Shown: positions 11,487 through 20,034 of the stretch, piece by piece | Position numbering within the stretch: the first letter of the stretch is position 1 | Layout of the letters: every line of letters begins with the position of its first letter | IMG/VR virus record: IMGVR_UViG_2585427757_000006 | Direction: 5' to 3' (one strand) | Length of the DNA: 64,000 nucleotides | Source of the DNA: a virus | Taxonomy: Duplodnaviria > Heunggongvirae > Uroviricota > Caudoviricetes | Notes under the pieces: model-generated | Told to the model about the DNA's origin: nothing | Databases searched by the model: none | Seen by the model: only the letters and a program-made list of their open reading frames with translations | Made by a program: the position numbers and the translations under genes

Positions 11487-11911
11487 TAGAGATAAGCATC
11501 CAGTGACAACTGAAGCGCCTGGGCGATCTTTTTCAGTGCCTGCTCTTCTTGTTCACCAATGCCGTCCTGATCGGCAATATCAAGGCACAGACACAGAACA
11601 TCGACCGCCTCTGGAGTACCCGCAATATCAGACAGCTCACGAATAGCCTGTGCATTAGCAGAACGAGGGGACGCTTCGTAACGAGCACGGATATTGGCGC
11701 TCATTTGGGCAATTTCACCAGCAAACGGAGAAAACGCAGGCAGAGCTGCAATTGTCTTCTCAAGAATGGCAATTTCTTTTGCGTCACATGTGCCGTCGGC
11801 ATAGGAGATCATGTACGCGCCCCACACGGTGGCCTCAACCGCATCACGGTTCTCCATTTTTTTGACTTCGATAACTGCTTTACGAGTTTTCTTTTTGAAG
11901 AAACCTAACAT
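11486..11911 (-). CDS. TerB-like domain protein (141 aa)
   Basis: Helical pattern DG.CDAKEIAILEK...LCLCLDIADQDGIGEQEEQALKKIA resembles the TerB (tellurite-resistance) fold with paired acidic motifs. Recollection-based. Confidence 0.5.
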   Translation of the reverse strand: MLGFFKKKTRKAVIEVKKMENRDAVEATVWGAYMISYADGTCDAKEIAILEKTIAALPAFSPFAGEIAQMSANIRARYEASPRSANAQAIRELSDIAGTPEAVDVLCLCLDIADQDGIGEQEEQALKKIAQALQLSLDAYL

Positions 11912-12004
11912 GTGTTTTCCTTTTGTTATTTGTCAAAACAAGTTGTTTTCTAGTTAAATAAATTGCTTACGCAAAGACGGTCAATGCATATGTACTAACA
12001 ACCG

Positions 12005-12193
12005 TCAGAAATAACCAAGTACCGAACCGACTGGAAAAATAAAAATCCCAACTACACGAGCCAAGGTCATGCCAGCCTGAAACTGGAGATCGCCAGAGCA
12101 AACAAGTTTTATAATGTTCGATACCCAACCGGCGGCCATGAGGGCAAGAATTGCCAGCCAAATTTTTCCAAAGTGATTTGAAAACCAGTTCAT
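12005..12193 (-). CDS. Small membrane protein (62 aa)
   Basis: Two hydrophobic segments (IWLAILALMAAGWV, VVGIFIFPVGSVLGYF). Confidence 0.5.
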   Translation of the reverse strand: MNWFSNHFGKIWLAILALMAAGWVSNIIKLVCSGDLQFQAGMTLARVVGIFIFPVGSVLGYF

Positions 12194-12202
12194 ACAACCG
12201 CC

Positions 12203-12697
12203 TTAGTCACAGCATGATCCTGAGTAACTGGATGAACTTGAGGTATCGCATCCACCGCCATCCCATCCAGAGTGACAGGACGCTCCACTGGAGTGGTGGT
12301 AATTGTCGTCGACGAAGGTGTGGTGGTGGATGAATCCGGCATCAAAAGGCTCTGACCGGCTGGAACGGCTACCGTCGCCAGTGAAACTATAATGAGAACG
12401 TAGGCCATTGGTTTCAGCCTCTTTCTTTGAAAATTTTCCATTCGAACTGTCCTTGTTGTTTTTCTCCTTCACTAAAGGCCGTGCATTTTTCGCTTCGCGT
12501 GAAGAACCAGAGGCAACAATCGCCCCCATGTTCGCAACAACTGACGCTTGATTATCTAAACGTTCATTCAGCAACCGAACGGTAGTCTCTAGTTCATCAA
12601 GGCGTGACATAACACGACCGCTAAATAATTCGGCCAAAATTTGACGTAAAGAACGAGGACGTTTAGTTACAGAAGTGAAATAGGTTTGACGTGCCAT
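12203..12697 (-). CDS. Hypothetical protein, coiled-coil N-terminus with a His/Cys/Ser/Gly-rich tail (164 aa)
   Basis: The N-terminal 80 aa look protein-like. The tail reads HHHTFVDDNYHHSSGASCHSGWDGGGCDTSSSSSYSGSCCD. The alternative frame 12190..12441 is also open over the tail. Confidence 0.5.
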   Translation of the reverse strand: MARQTYFTSVTKRPRSLRQILAELFSGRVMSRLDELETTVRLLNERLDNQASVVANMGAIVASGSSREAKNARPLVKEKNNKDSSNGKFSKKEAETNGLRSHYSFTGDGSRSSRSEPFDAGFIHHHTFVDDNYHHSSGASCHSGWDGGGCDTSSSSSYSGSCCD

Positions 12698-12845
12698 GTG
12701 GACTCCATCCAGTGTCAGAAAGAGTTGCGGCTGGCGATTGCCAGCCGCTTTTCTCGTTCCATCCTGGAACTGTGTCTTACCGACACATTGTCATCCTGAC
12801 GCCGATAAGATACATGATTTAAAATGATAGGTAAACACTTACTTA

Positions 12846-13436
12846 CTATTTGTTATAAACAAAACCAATATCTTTCTTGTGAGGCATATCTGCTGCTGAA
12901 AAAGCTGCGATCTTCGCGAGTCGATCACATATTTCATTTTCACGATGCCCGGCGTGACCTTTAACCCACTTCCAGCGAACATTATGTCGACTTGCGGCCT
13001 CATCCAGACGCTTCCACAGATCAACATTCTTTACCGGTTTTTTGTCAGAAGTCATCCATCCATTGCGTTTCCACCATTTCATCCACTGTGTCATGCCGTT
13101 TTTCAGATACTGGCTATCAGAGTGCAAAATAACGTTGCATGGATATTTCAAACGCTCCAGCCCGATAAGTGCCCCCATCATCTCCATGCGGTTATTGGTG
13201 GTGCTATGAAAACCATCTGAGAACTCGCGTTCCTCACCACGATACTGGAGAACGATACCGTAACCGCCCGGGCCACCCGGATTTTTAAGGCAAGAGCCAT
13301 CACTAAAGATTTTCACGGTTTTAAGCTGGGGATTGAACTCTACGACAGGCGTTGTGGGATTGGTGCGGGGGGAATTTTTGTTTTTGGCTTTTTTGCGAGT
13401 TTTTGCTTGCGATCGGGCTGGTGTCTTCGTCGTCAT
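12846..13436 (-). CDS. rnhA: Ribonuclease HI with a basic N-terminal extension
   Basis: DGSC..NPG.GG, NNRMEL-like [13 protein letters not shown] and KGHAGH..NE.CD match RNase HI catalytic motifs. Start taken at MTTKTPARS (cat 13434-13436), not the track's 13520. Confidence 0.85.
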   Translation of the reverse strand: MTTKTPARSQAKTRKKAKNKNSPRTNPTTPVVEFNPQLKTVKIFSDGSCLKNPGGPGGYGIVLQYRGEEREFSDGFHSTTNNRMEMMGALIGLERLKYPCNVILHSDSQYLKNGMTQWMKWWKRNGWMTSDKKPVKNVDLWKRLDEAASRHNVRWKWVKGHAGHRENEICDRLAKIAAFSAADMPHKKDIGFVYNK

Positions 13437-13473
13437 ATAAACTCCTGAATCAAGCGCCGCGCCGATTTTTCCT

Positions 13474-13497
13474 CGCGCGTGCGCACACGCGTGCGTG
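13474..13497. other. 24-nt perfect alternating pyrimidine-purine tract
   Basis: cgcgcgtgcgcacacgcgtgcgtg is (YR)x12 without interruption, 38 nt upstream of the rnhA start. Confidence 0.9.
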
Positions 13498-13534
13498 TTA
13501 ATAATTATTAAAATAAACAAATTACTTCCCAGAA

Positions 13535-14000
13535 CAGGTTTTTATAAACCTGAACTGAACGAACGAAGTGAGTGAAGTTCACCTCGAACGAAGTGAGAGG
13601 TTGTCTTTTCAGGTAATACTCTCCCAGGGAGGTGAGTATAAAAATCTCTCACCAACCTGGTCGTTTCATAACCTGAAAAGTTATGGTCTAAGTCTACTGC
13701 CAGCTTAGACTTGGGAAGTTATGGATGACAGCACCCCAGAACCGAGATCTTCCCACACTTTATGAAGGGGAGTACTGGATTCAACCTCTCGAAACACCCC
13801 AGACTCGACAATCATAAAGTGACCCTTGTCTCTGCTCACTTTGGTTCCCCCTTCCCCGACACCTAAACGGCACCAGTTCTACGCTGGTAGTGAGCTTTTT
13901 TAAACCTGACGCCAGTGACGCTTACCCCCACCCATCAGGTCGAGTCTCCAGTCTACGACTGGAAACTATCAGATCTTAGCACTTACAATTCACTTTATGA
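13535..14000. other. ORF-free, hairpin-dense segment (candidate structured RNA or cis-element)
   Basis: No ORF of 60 aa or more on either strand. Perfect 10-bp long-range inverted repeats 13605-13614/13671-13680 and 13756-13765/13812-13821, further stems and direct repeats (see findings). Confidence 0.5.
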
Positions 14001-14018
14001 ATAGTTTGTACTTATCTA

Positions 14019-14249
14019 TCATTGTGATTGATTATTTTCTCTACCATGTAGTTGAACATTCAAGGCAAACACCTCATTGATCAACTCACCTAAAAGCTGT
14101 TCAACAAGTTCGCGATGCTCGCCAAGATGCAAGCACTTAATTGCCCATTCGTACAAGTTGAAAGCCTGCTCACGATCTTTCATCATTTCACGAGCCTGGG
14201 CCAGAAAATCGCTCTCTACGAGCGCAACGACATTAGTCGGGTATGACAT
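14019..14249 (-). CDS. Hypothetical protein (76 aa; track start 14273 also possible)
   Basis: SD aagga lies 8 nt upstream of the ATG at 14249. Confidence 0.5.
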   Translation of the reverse strand: MSYPTNVVALVESDFLAQAREMMKDREQAFNLYEWAIKCLHLGEHRELVEQLLGELINEVFALNVQLHGRENNQSQ

Positions 14250-14434
14250 GTTGGTTTCCTTAAAGTGGTTCATAAAATCGATTTTAAAGCGTCTGCGAAG
14301 GGGTTCTAGTGGATTCTGTAGTTATGTTCAGGTCTGGAGTCTCTGATACAAAACAGCCTTCTTCCGTATATTAATAATTAATATGTAGTTATTTATATAT
14401 ACAGAAGCAGGCTAATTACAGACACCAGAACAAA

Positions 14435-15028
14435 CTAAGCAGCCTTCTTTGATGGTCTTTTTTTCCTGATCACATTCGCAGGATCATACCCTCCCAGACT
14501 TTTCATGACGTCCAAAGGGATCTTGCTTATAGAGTGCCCAGCGTCCTGACAGAATCCTCGAAAAACAACGAGCATACTGCCACCCGGGTTGATGTTTACT
14601 TCTACCTGACCCAGATTTACGTCAGGCTCGACAAACGCTACGCGGCCACCAGACAGAATAATCGTCTCATTCGCACACTCTGTTGCACGCTCATACCACT
14701 TTGTATCTAGGGATTGAGGAATTAGCATCACTGTTGTACCCCCGCGAGCCTGCTCACGTATAGCCGCATCAATCCAGGGGTAGATTTTGGAGTAGGGTGG
14801 ATTGAGGAAGGCAATTGTACCTGGCTGTCCCCATTCAGATTTCAAAGCATCACGCTCAACGCCTATGAAATTAGGCAGCTTTGCATTGTCCTTGTTGCAG
14901 GCAACGTCAACATCAAATGTCACTCCAAGATAACGTTGAATGGCAGAAAACAGCCAGTCAGGTGTTCTCCAGAGGTCACGAAGAGAGTTGTCACGCTTTC
15001 GCTGTTTGATTTTTTCGGCTGCAATCAT
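14435..15028 (-). CDS. Phage-type DNA N6-adenine methyltransferase (197 aa)
   Basis: FLNPPYS motif IV and the small single-domain size typical of phage Dam-like enzymes. Confidence 0.85.
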   Translation of the reverse strand: MIAAEKIKQRKRDNSLRDLWRTPDWLFSAIQRYLGVTFDVDVACNKDNAKLPNFIGVERDALKSEWGQPGTIAFLNPPYSKIYPWIDAAIREQARGGTTVMLIPQSLDTKWYERATECANETIILSGGRVAFVEPDVNLGQVEVNINPGGSMLVVFRGFCQDAGHSISKIPLDVMKSLGGYDPANVIRKKRPSKKAA

Positions 15029-15211
15029 CTTCTTTCTCGATAGGTAAGTAAATACCTATTTTTGCATTTGATTTTATGTCTGGCAATCAAATAAAACGCG
15101 CCAGAAATGCAAACGAGAAGCTCTCTGGCGCGTTTTTGTGGTGCTGGGTATGTGATTGACTTACCCAGTACTATAAAGCTCTCTATGGGCTTTATTTTAA
15201 GTAGGGGAACG

Positions 15212-16021
15212 TCATCCAATAGTGTACTCCGCGACAAACTTCTTAACGATCGGTGATTCTTCGTTCAATGTTAGATTTCCACCGTCTCTAACGGCAATTC
15301 CTGTCGCTGGAAATACAGCCATCATTTGCCCAGCCTGAGTTGACGCAGTATTAAGCGGATACGGTTTTTCTGGATTGCTCATTAAAGCAATCTTAATACT
15401 ATTACTTGTAGCCTTCTTTTCTGTGAGAAGGTGTCTCATGGAAATTACCGTGTAAACACTAATATCTGGACCTCCGCTAAACCAATTAAGAAGGTTTAAT
15501 ATCTTATCCTTTGCTTTGACAGGCGCGTTATCGTAAGCGTCTAAGAAAATATCTTTTTCTAAGCCCGCTTTATTGAAAAACGAATCATCTTTATCACTTA
15601 AAGTAAAACGAGGACCTCTTGCAGTACGAGCTTTTTTATTTGTATTGCTATCATTTGACTGTTGAACTTTTAATTCATCATTAACCTCAACACACTCTTC
15701 AACCTCAATAAATCCCAATTGTTCTGGCTCGTTTTCGGCAGCTTCAACACTTTCAGCGTTAATTACGTTTATAGGCTCATGCGCTAACTCCAACTCATTT
15801 AAAGCAGAGCTGAAATCACCTGCTTTTTCTTCATTGAACAGTTCTTCGGCAACATCATCAGAACTCATGGCTACGCCAGCATCTAGGCCGAGCAGCAGAT
15901 CGTCAATATCATCAGTATTTTCAACCTGTGCAGCTTTTTTTACTGGTTCATCAAGTGATTGCAACATGGCTGTCAGCTCGTCCAGATCAGCATTTGTCAT
16001 TACATTTTCAACCGAACTCAT
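15212..16021 (-). CDS. Hypothetical protein with a strongly acidic N-terminal ~115 aa (269 aa)
   Basis: D/E-rich N-terminus (DDIDDLLLGLDAG..SSDDVAEELFNEE..), then a KKARTARGPR linker and a C-terminal domain that looks globular. Confidence 0.6.
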   Translation of the reverse strand: MSSVENVMTNADLDELTAMLQSLDEPVKKAAQVENTDDIDDLLLGLDAGVAMSSDDVAEELFNEEKAGDFSSALNELELAHEPINVINAESVEAAENEPEQLGFIEVEECVEVNDELKVQQSNDSNTNKKARTARGPRFTLSDKDDSFFNKAGLEKDIFLDAYDNAPVKAKDKILNLLNWFSGGPDISVYTVISMRHLLTEKKATSNSIKIALMSNPEKPYPLNTASTQAGQMMAVFPATGIAVRDGGNLTLNEESPIVKKFVAEYTIG

Positions 16022-16179
16022 GTAAGTCTCCTTCTGTTTGGTTACATTTGCGTTTCGATGGCTGCATTTTGACTAAACCTATCAGGCGGAAAAGTATTAA
16101 ATACAGGCAGGAAATGATTGAAAGGCGACTGTTCTTTAAAAGAAAGCCTACTTTAAACTTTTTAAAGTAGGCTTTTGTT

Positions 16180-16737
16180 TTACACAATTTCAGAGGGTAA
16201 TTTAAAAAATCCGTACTTATTACGTGCCTTAAAGAAGCATTGCATCATTAAGTTTGTGTCATATAAGGCACTATGTGCTTTGGCATGATCGTATATAAAG
16301 CCAAGAGAGAAGGCCAACTCTTCAAGGCGGGGACGTTTACCGTCTTCTGTGGCCCACAATCCCGATAACATAGTATCTATAACAGGAACTTCTGGCAGTC
16401 TTACTCCATACCCTGAAAACTCGTGTCGAATAAATGGTATATCAAATGCTTCGCCGTTATGAGCAACCCACACACTACATGCCCCCATATAAGCGCCAAT
16501 TTCGCTGGCATGATTTGACAACAAAGGTTCAGCTGCGAGCTGTTCCAATGAAATGCCATGAACGGCTTGAGCTTTCGGATCTATGTTTCTGCGAGGGTTA
16601 AAACGCATCTCCAGACTATCAATATGTCTCTGTGTCTCCAGTTCATAGCGGGTAATTGCGATTTCAATAATTTTATGACCAGCAAGGAAATCCAGTCCCG
16701 TAGACTCGATATCGATGCCTGCAACAATCGTTGTCAT
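16180..16737 (-). CDS. DEDDh 3'-5' exonuclease (DnaQ/epsilon-like, 185 aa)
   Basis: ExoI GIDIESTG, ExoII AHNGEAFDIPF, ExoIII HSALYDTN. Confidence 0.85.
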   Translation of the reverse strand: MTTIVAGIDIESTGLDFLAGHKIIEIAITRYELETQRHIDSLEMRFNPRRNIDPKAQAVHGISLEQLAAEPLLSNHASEIGAYMGACSVWVAHNGEAFDIPFIRHEFSGYGVRLPEVPVIDTMLSGLWATEDGKRPRLEELAFSLGFIYDHAKAHSALYDTNLMMQCFFKARNKYGFFKLPSEIV

Positions 16738-16746
16738 CAGAACTCC

Positions 16747-17166
16747 TTACAACTTCTTAGCGCCCTTAAGTAGTGCGCTACGTACAAATTGAGCCGCTTT
16801 TTTCAAAGTTTCTTCACTGGTTTCACAGACAATCGGATCTTTCCACTTACCTGACACAGTGTTGAGAATATTGATTTGGTTGCTATCCAGACAAACAGAG
16901 ATATAAAGCACCGTGCCACCAGCCAGCATCAAATGCATAGGAAACAGAGGCTTTTTACTGCCTTCACTGAACTGAGACATGGCGATGTTAATGGCTTCAC
17001 CCACTTGTGTACCAACAAGCCCCTGCGCAGTTTCGAATATGGCACGAATAGCCAGACGAGCCTCTCGATCGCTCATAAGCGACCGGGAATGTTCGTCCGC
17101 TACACGAATCAAAGCCTCTGTTGTTTTCCGATCCAGTTCATCTTCAAGCAACATTTCACTAAACAT
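16747..17166 (-). CDS. Hypothetical protein (139 aa)
   Basis: Long ORF in the operon, 10 nt upstream of the exonuclease gene. Confidence 0.6.
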   Translation of the reverse strand: MFSEMLLEDELDRKTTEALIRVADEHSRSLMSDREARLAIRAIFETAQGLVGTQVGEAINIAMSQFSEGSKKPLFPMHLMLAGGTVLYISVCLDSNQINILNTVSGKWKDPIVCETSEETLKKAAQFVRSALLKGAKKL

Positions 17167-17227
17167 TTTTTATCCTTAACCCATTTTGAGAGTTTTATTG
17201 TCGCAATGTCGAAGAGGCGAACAATTT

Positions 17228-17872
17228 CTAATGAACGGTCACTCGGCCACAGAACCGGTTTTCTATCTTTTCTACAGCGTTATCTAGCATTCTCATCACT
17301 GATCTGGCTCTTGCTTCAACTGTGCGATACCGGTTGGAAACGACGAAGGTTTGCAGATCTCCCCTTTGCGGATGCAGGTGAATTTTTGTCAGTTCCCCGC
17401 ACATCAACGCATCAATACGAGCGACATACAGACGGTCTAATGATGCTCGTTGTAACCGCAAGTAATCTCGCTCTGAGAGAGCGACCCCCGGGCGTAGGCC
17501 AGCAATGGCGTTAAAGTTTGAAATAGCAGTTTTGTGGCAAAACTTTTCGATATCGAGGGCTAACTCAATACACCGATCTTCATTTGTATGGCCGACCAAA
17601 TCCAACGTGTAGGCCATAACATCAGCAGGTGTGCGATCGATAACAAAGCCTTCAGCACCACGCGTAAGTAGCTCTATATGCTTTGCGATTTCCATTTGAA
17701 TCTGAAGCCGCTCATATAGAGGCATAGAATCACCTACTCGAACACCGAGGCGGCTCATCAAACTTCCGACACCAGCATCCACGTAAGGGATTCCGTAATG
17801 TTTGTCGATATATTTAGCCAGGGTTGTTTTCCCACTGCCCTGAGCACCAGTGATCCCAATCCGGTAATCCAT
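17228..17872 (-). CDS. P-loop nucleotide kinase-like protein (214 aa)
   Basis: Walker A GAQGSGKTTLAKY near the N-terminus. Sits among nucleotide-metabolism genes. Substrate unknown. Confidence 0.55.
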   Translation of the reverse strand: MDYRIGITGAQGSGKTTLAKYIDKHYGIPYVDAGVGSLMSRLGVRVGDSMPLYERLQIQMEIAKHIELLTRGAEGFVIDRTPADVMAYTLDLVGHTNEDRCIELALDIEKFCHKTAISNFNAIAGLRPGVALSERDYLRLQRASLDRLYVARIDALMCGELTKIHLHPQRGDLQTFVVSNRYRTVEARARSVMRMLDNAVEKIENRFCGRVTVH

Positions 17873-18348
17873 TACGACCTTCTGTATACGATCTGCGAAA
17901 AGCCAGGCTCTTCCTCGCTGGCTCGTTGGGTATAAGCTGTTTCAACAGGCACAAAGCCTAAATTACGCATCATGCTTGCCGGGAAGAATGCATCGGCGTT
18001 TGGCACATCAACGCCGATGTGGGAGAGCCAAATCTCTTCAACATGCGGCATGAATAGCGAGTAAATTTGTTCCCCGCCAATCACCCACACAGGCTCTGGT
18101 AATCGCAACACATCATCCACACCAGCAGGGTAGAATCCATTTGGTACAAAGCCATGAGAGCGCGTCAAAACGAGGTTATGACGCTCTGGAAGAGGGCGTT
18201 TGAGACTTTCCATCGTTTTACGCCCCATAACGACAGTGGCGTTTTTGGTGAGTCTCTTAAATAGCTTCAGATCGGTAGAACAACGCCAGGGCAGTTCGTT
18301 CGCTATGCCGATTTCATAGTTACGGCCAACAGCAGCTATCATCTTCAT
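17872..18348 (-). CDS. folA: Dihydrofolate reductase (158 aa)
   Basis: MIAAV..IG..LPW, VVMGRKT and VIGG..IY are DHFR signatures. 4-nt overlap with the upstream gene. Confidence 0.88.
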   Translation of the reverse strand: MKMIAAVGRNYEIGIANELPWRCSTDLKLFKRLTKNATVVMGRKTMESLKRPLPERHNLVLTRSHGFVPNGFYPAGVDDVLRLPEPVWVIGGEQIYSLFMPHVEEIWLSHIGVDVPNADAFFPASMMRNLGFVPVETAYTQRASEEEPGFSQIVYRRS

Positions 18349-18758
18349 TTGCTCACCTCATAGATGACCGGTCTATGATGAGAGTCAGCTAAAGCGGCAC
18401 GGAGTCGAGGATCGTGCACCAGCGCAGCGATAAGCAGATCGCCTTTATGCTCCGCTAATGTGCGCTTAATATGCTTCTCATAACTAGTGCTATTCGGTAC
18501 GAGGTGAAGCCAGTCGTAATCAACACCAAAATCTTTCAGCCATCGTTTAGTGGGCGCTTCAAGAGTTTCAGAGCGGCTACTGATAAGCACCACTTCAGCC
18601 CCTGAGCGAGCAAAACCACGCAACATACGGCTGGTGGGGAAAATGAGTTCATCACCGGCAATGAATTGGCCTGCATCCGAGTCAGATACAGATTTACGAT
18701 GGCTGGTATTTGCCAGCACACCTTCAATTTCGCATAAGACATACATACCTCTTGCCAT
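18345..18758 (-). CDS. HAD-like phosphatase-fold protein (138 aa, putative)
   Basis: Start taken at MARGMYVL (cat 18756-18758), abutting the thyA stop. The motif I position reads CEIEGV rather than DxDxT. Weak call. Confidence 0.35.
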   Translation of the reverse strand: MARGMYVLCEIEGVLANTSHRKSVSDSDAGQFIAGDELIFPTSRMLRGFARSGAEVVLISSRSETLEAPTKRWLKDFGVDYDWLHLVPNSTSYEKHIKRTLAEHKGDLLIAALVHDPRLRAALADSHHRPVIYEVSK

Positions 18759-18759
18759 A

Positions 18760-19890
18760 TCACACCGCCACTGGAACCTTGATCCACGGTAGAGGGGCAT
18801 AGCCAAGAATAAGAATCTCGTCCCATTTGAAATCATCCAGCTCAGACCATTCATTAGGGAATATAACGACCGGATCTGAATGCTCTGGAGCCTGTCGTTG
18901 CATTAGCTCACACACACCTTCCATGTGGTTGTTGTACAAATGCACGTCAAAGCCAAAATGCACAAATGCACCGGCCATGTGACCCGTAATCTTCGCGAGA
19001 AAATGAGTGAGAATGCCATAGCCAGCAATATTGAATGGCATACCAACAAAAGTGTCTACGCTACGCTGTACGAGGCAGGAGTTGAGGATGCGTTTGGGGA
19101 TTCCAAGTTCATCCAGTTCAGCTTCAGTAACACTGCCGTCTATCTCCAGATCGTATAGCATCTTGGTGTAGATAGACTCGTAACCGAGGCGACTGTGTTG
19201 AAGACCAATGTCAGTTGCCATCGTTAAACGGGTTTCAAAATCCAGCTCACGACTCCACAAAGAGAAGACAAAGTGGCAAGGTGGCAGTTTCATATCCTCA
19301 AGCTCGCCTACGTTCCATGCGTTAAGCATGATGCGACGATCGGTAGGGTTCGTGCGCAGTGTATCGACAATACGCTGTAGCTGATCGATTTCACGGGACA
19401 GCACTACGCGATCTTCACTGATACCCAGGTATCCCTCGACTTTGTACCCGCGTTCACGGAAAGTAGCGATCTTGCTCAGATATTCACTATGGCTCACGAT
19501 GCGGGTATCTTCCCATCGACGCCACTGCTTACCGTAAACCGGCCCCAAATCGCCATTCTCATCGGCCCATGCATCCCAAATCTTAACGCCGTTATCCTTG
19601 AGAAATTGGATGTTGCCCGTGCCTTTCAGATACCACTCAAGTTCGACAAGCAGTGGCTTAAGATTTACCGCCTTTCCAGAAATAAGCGGCACAGTCCCAC
19701 CAGTAAGCATGTAGTAAGAGGGAACGTAGCAGGTGCTTAAAGTACCAGTGCCTGTGCGATCATCAGCCTGCACGCCGCTTTTAAGCACCGTCTCAATAAC
19801 TTTTGCATACGATGCGTTTGTTACCTGACCGTTCGTATGCTCACGATTCAAAAGGAGTGACACAAAAACCTCACAAAGATAAGTAACCAC
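18760..19890 (-). CDS. thyA: Thymidylate synthase (ThyA type) with two internal insertions; start uncertain (GTG 19890 or GTG 19863)
   Basis: DRTGTGT, GPVYGKQWR, LPPCH (catalytic Cys), QRSVD and GMPFNIAGY. 376 aa versus ~264 in E. coli as recalled. Confidence 0.9.
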   Translation of the reverse strand: MVTYLCEVFVSLLLNREHTNGQVTNASYAKVIETVLKSGVQADDRTGTGTLSTCYVPSYYMLTGGTVPLISGKAVNLKPLLVELEWYLKGTGNIQFLKDNGVKIWDAWADENGDLGPVYGKQWRRWEDTRIVSHSEYLSKIATFRERGYKVEGYLGISEDRVVLSREIDQLQRIVDTLRTNPTDRRIMLNAWNVGELEDMKLPPCHFVFSLWSRELDFETRLTMATDIGLQHSRLGYESIYTKMLYDLEIDGSVTEAELDELGIPKRILNSCLVQRSVDTFVGMPFNIAGYGILTHFLAKITGHMAGAFVHFGFDVHLYNNHMEGVCELMQRQAPEHSDPVVIFPNEWSELDDFKWDEILILGYAPLPWIKVPVAV

Positions 19891-19940
19891 TTATTCATTG
19901 CGTGAGTTTACATTTATTGAGAGAACAAGACCAGACAGAT

Positions 19941-19970
19941 AAAAAAATGGTGGCCATAGGCCACCAAAAA
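19941..19970 (-). terminator. Intrinsic terminator after gene 20035..20904
   Basis: tggtggcc ata ggccacca (19948-19966), followed on the minus strand by seven T. Confidence 0.7.
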
Positions 19971-20034
19971 CGAATAGTTGTTTCAGAAATTTAACGCGCC
20001 AGCGCAATATACACAGATAGATAACTACCTACAA

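Noticed and set aside
12727-12756. Hairpin gcggctggc-gatt-gccagccgc followed by a plus-strand T-run
   Set aside because: It is oriented as a plus-strand terminator, yet all neighbouring genes are minus-strand. It could block antisense transcription, but there is no supporting evidence, so it is not listed as a feature.
15025-15237. 70-aa minus-strand ORF between the acidic protein and the Dam-like MTase
   Set aside because: Most of it is the intergenic region containing a family B palindrome (15039-15059), and it overlaps the end of 15212..16021. Its composition looks non-coding.
16876-17514. 212-aa plus-strand ORF
   Set aside because: It is antisense across two well-packed minus-strand genes (16747..17166 and 17228..17872) and the gap between them. 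It has no SD and no recognisable motif.
18760-19890. ThyA homolog as a dCMP or dUMP hydroxymethylase (a DNA hypermodification marker)
   Set aside because: The pyrimidine-specificity Asn in GMPFNIAGY is retained, and a DHFR gene is co-transcribed, which only makes sense for a dihydrofolate-producing true thymidylate synthase. I recognised no glucosyltransferase or dNMP-kinase-type hypermodification partners.
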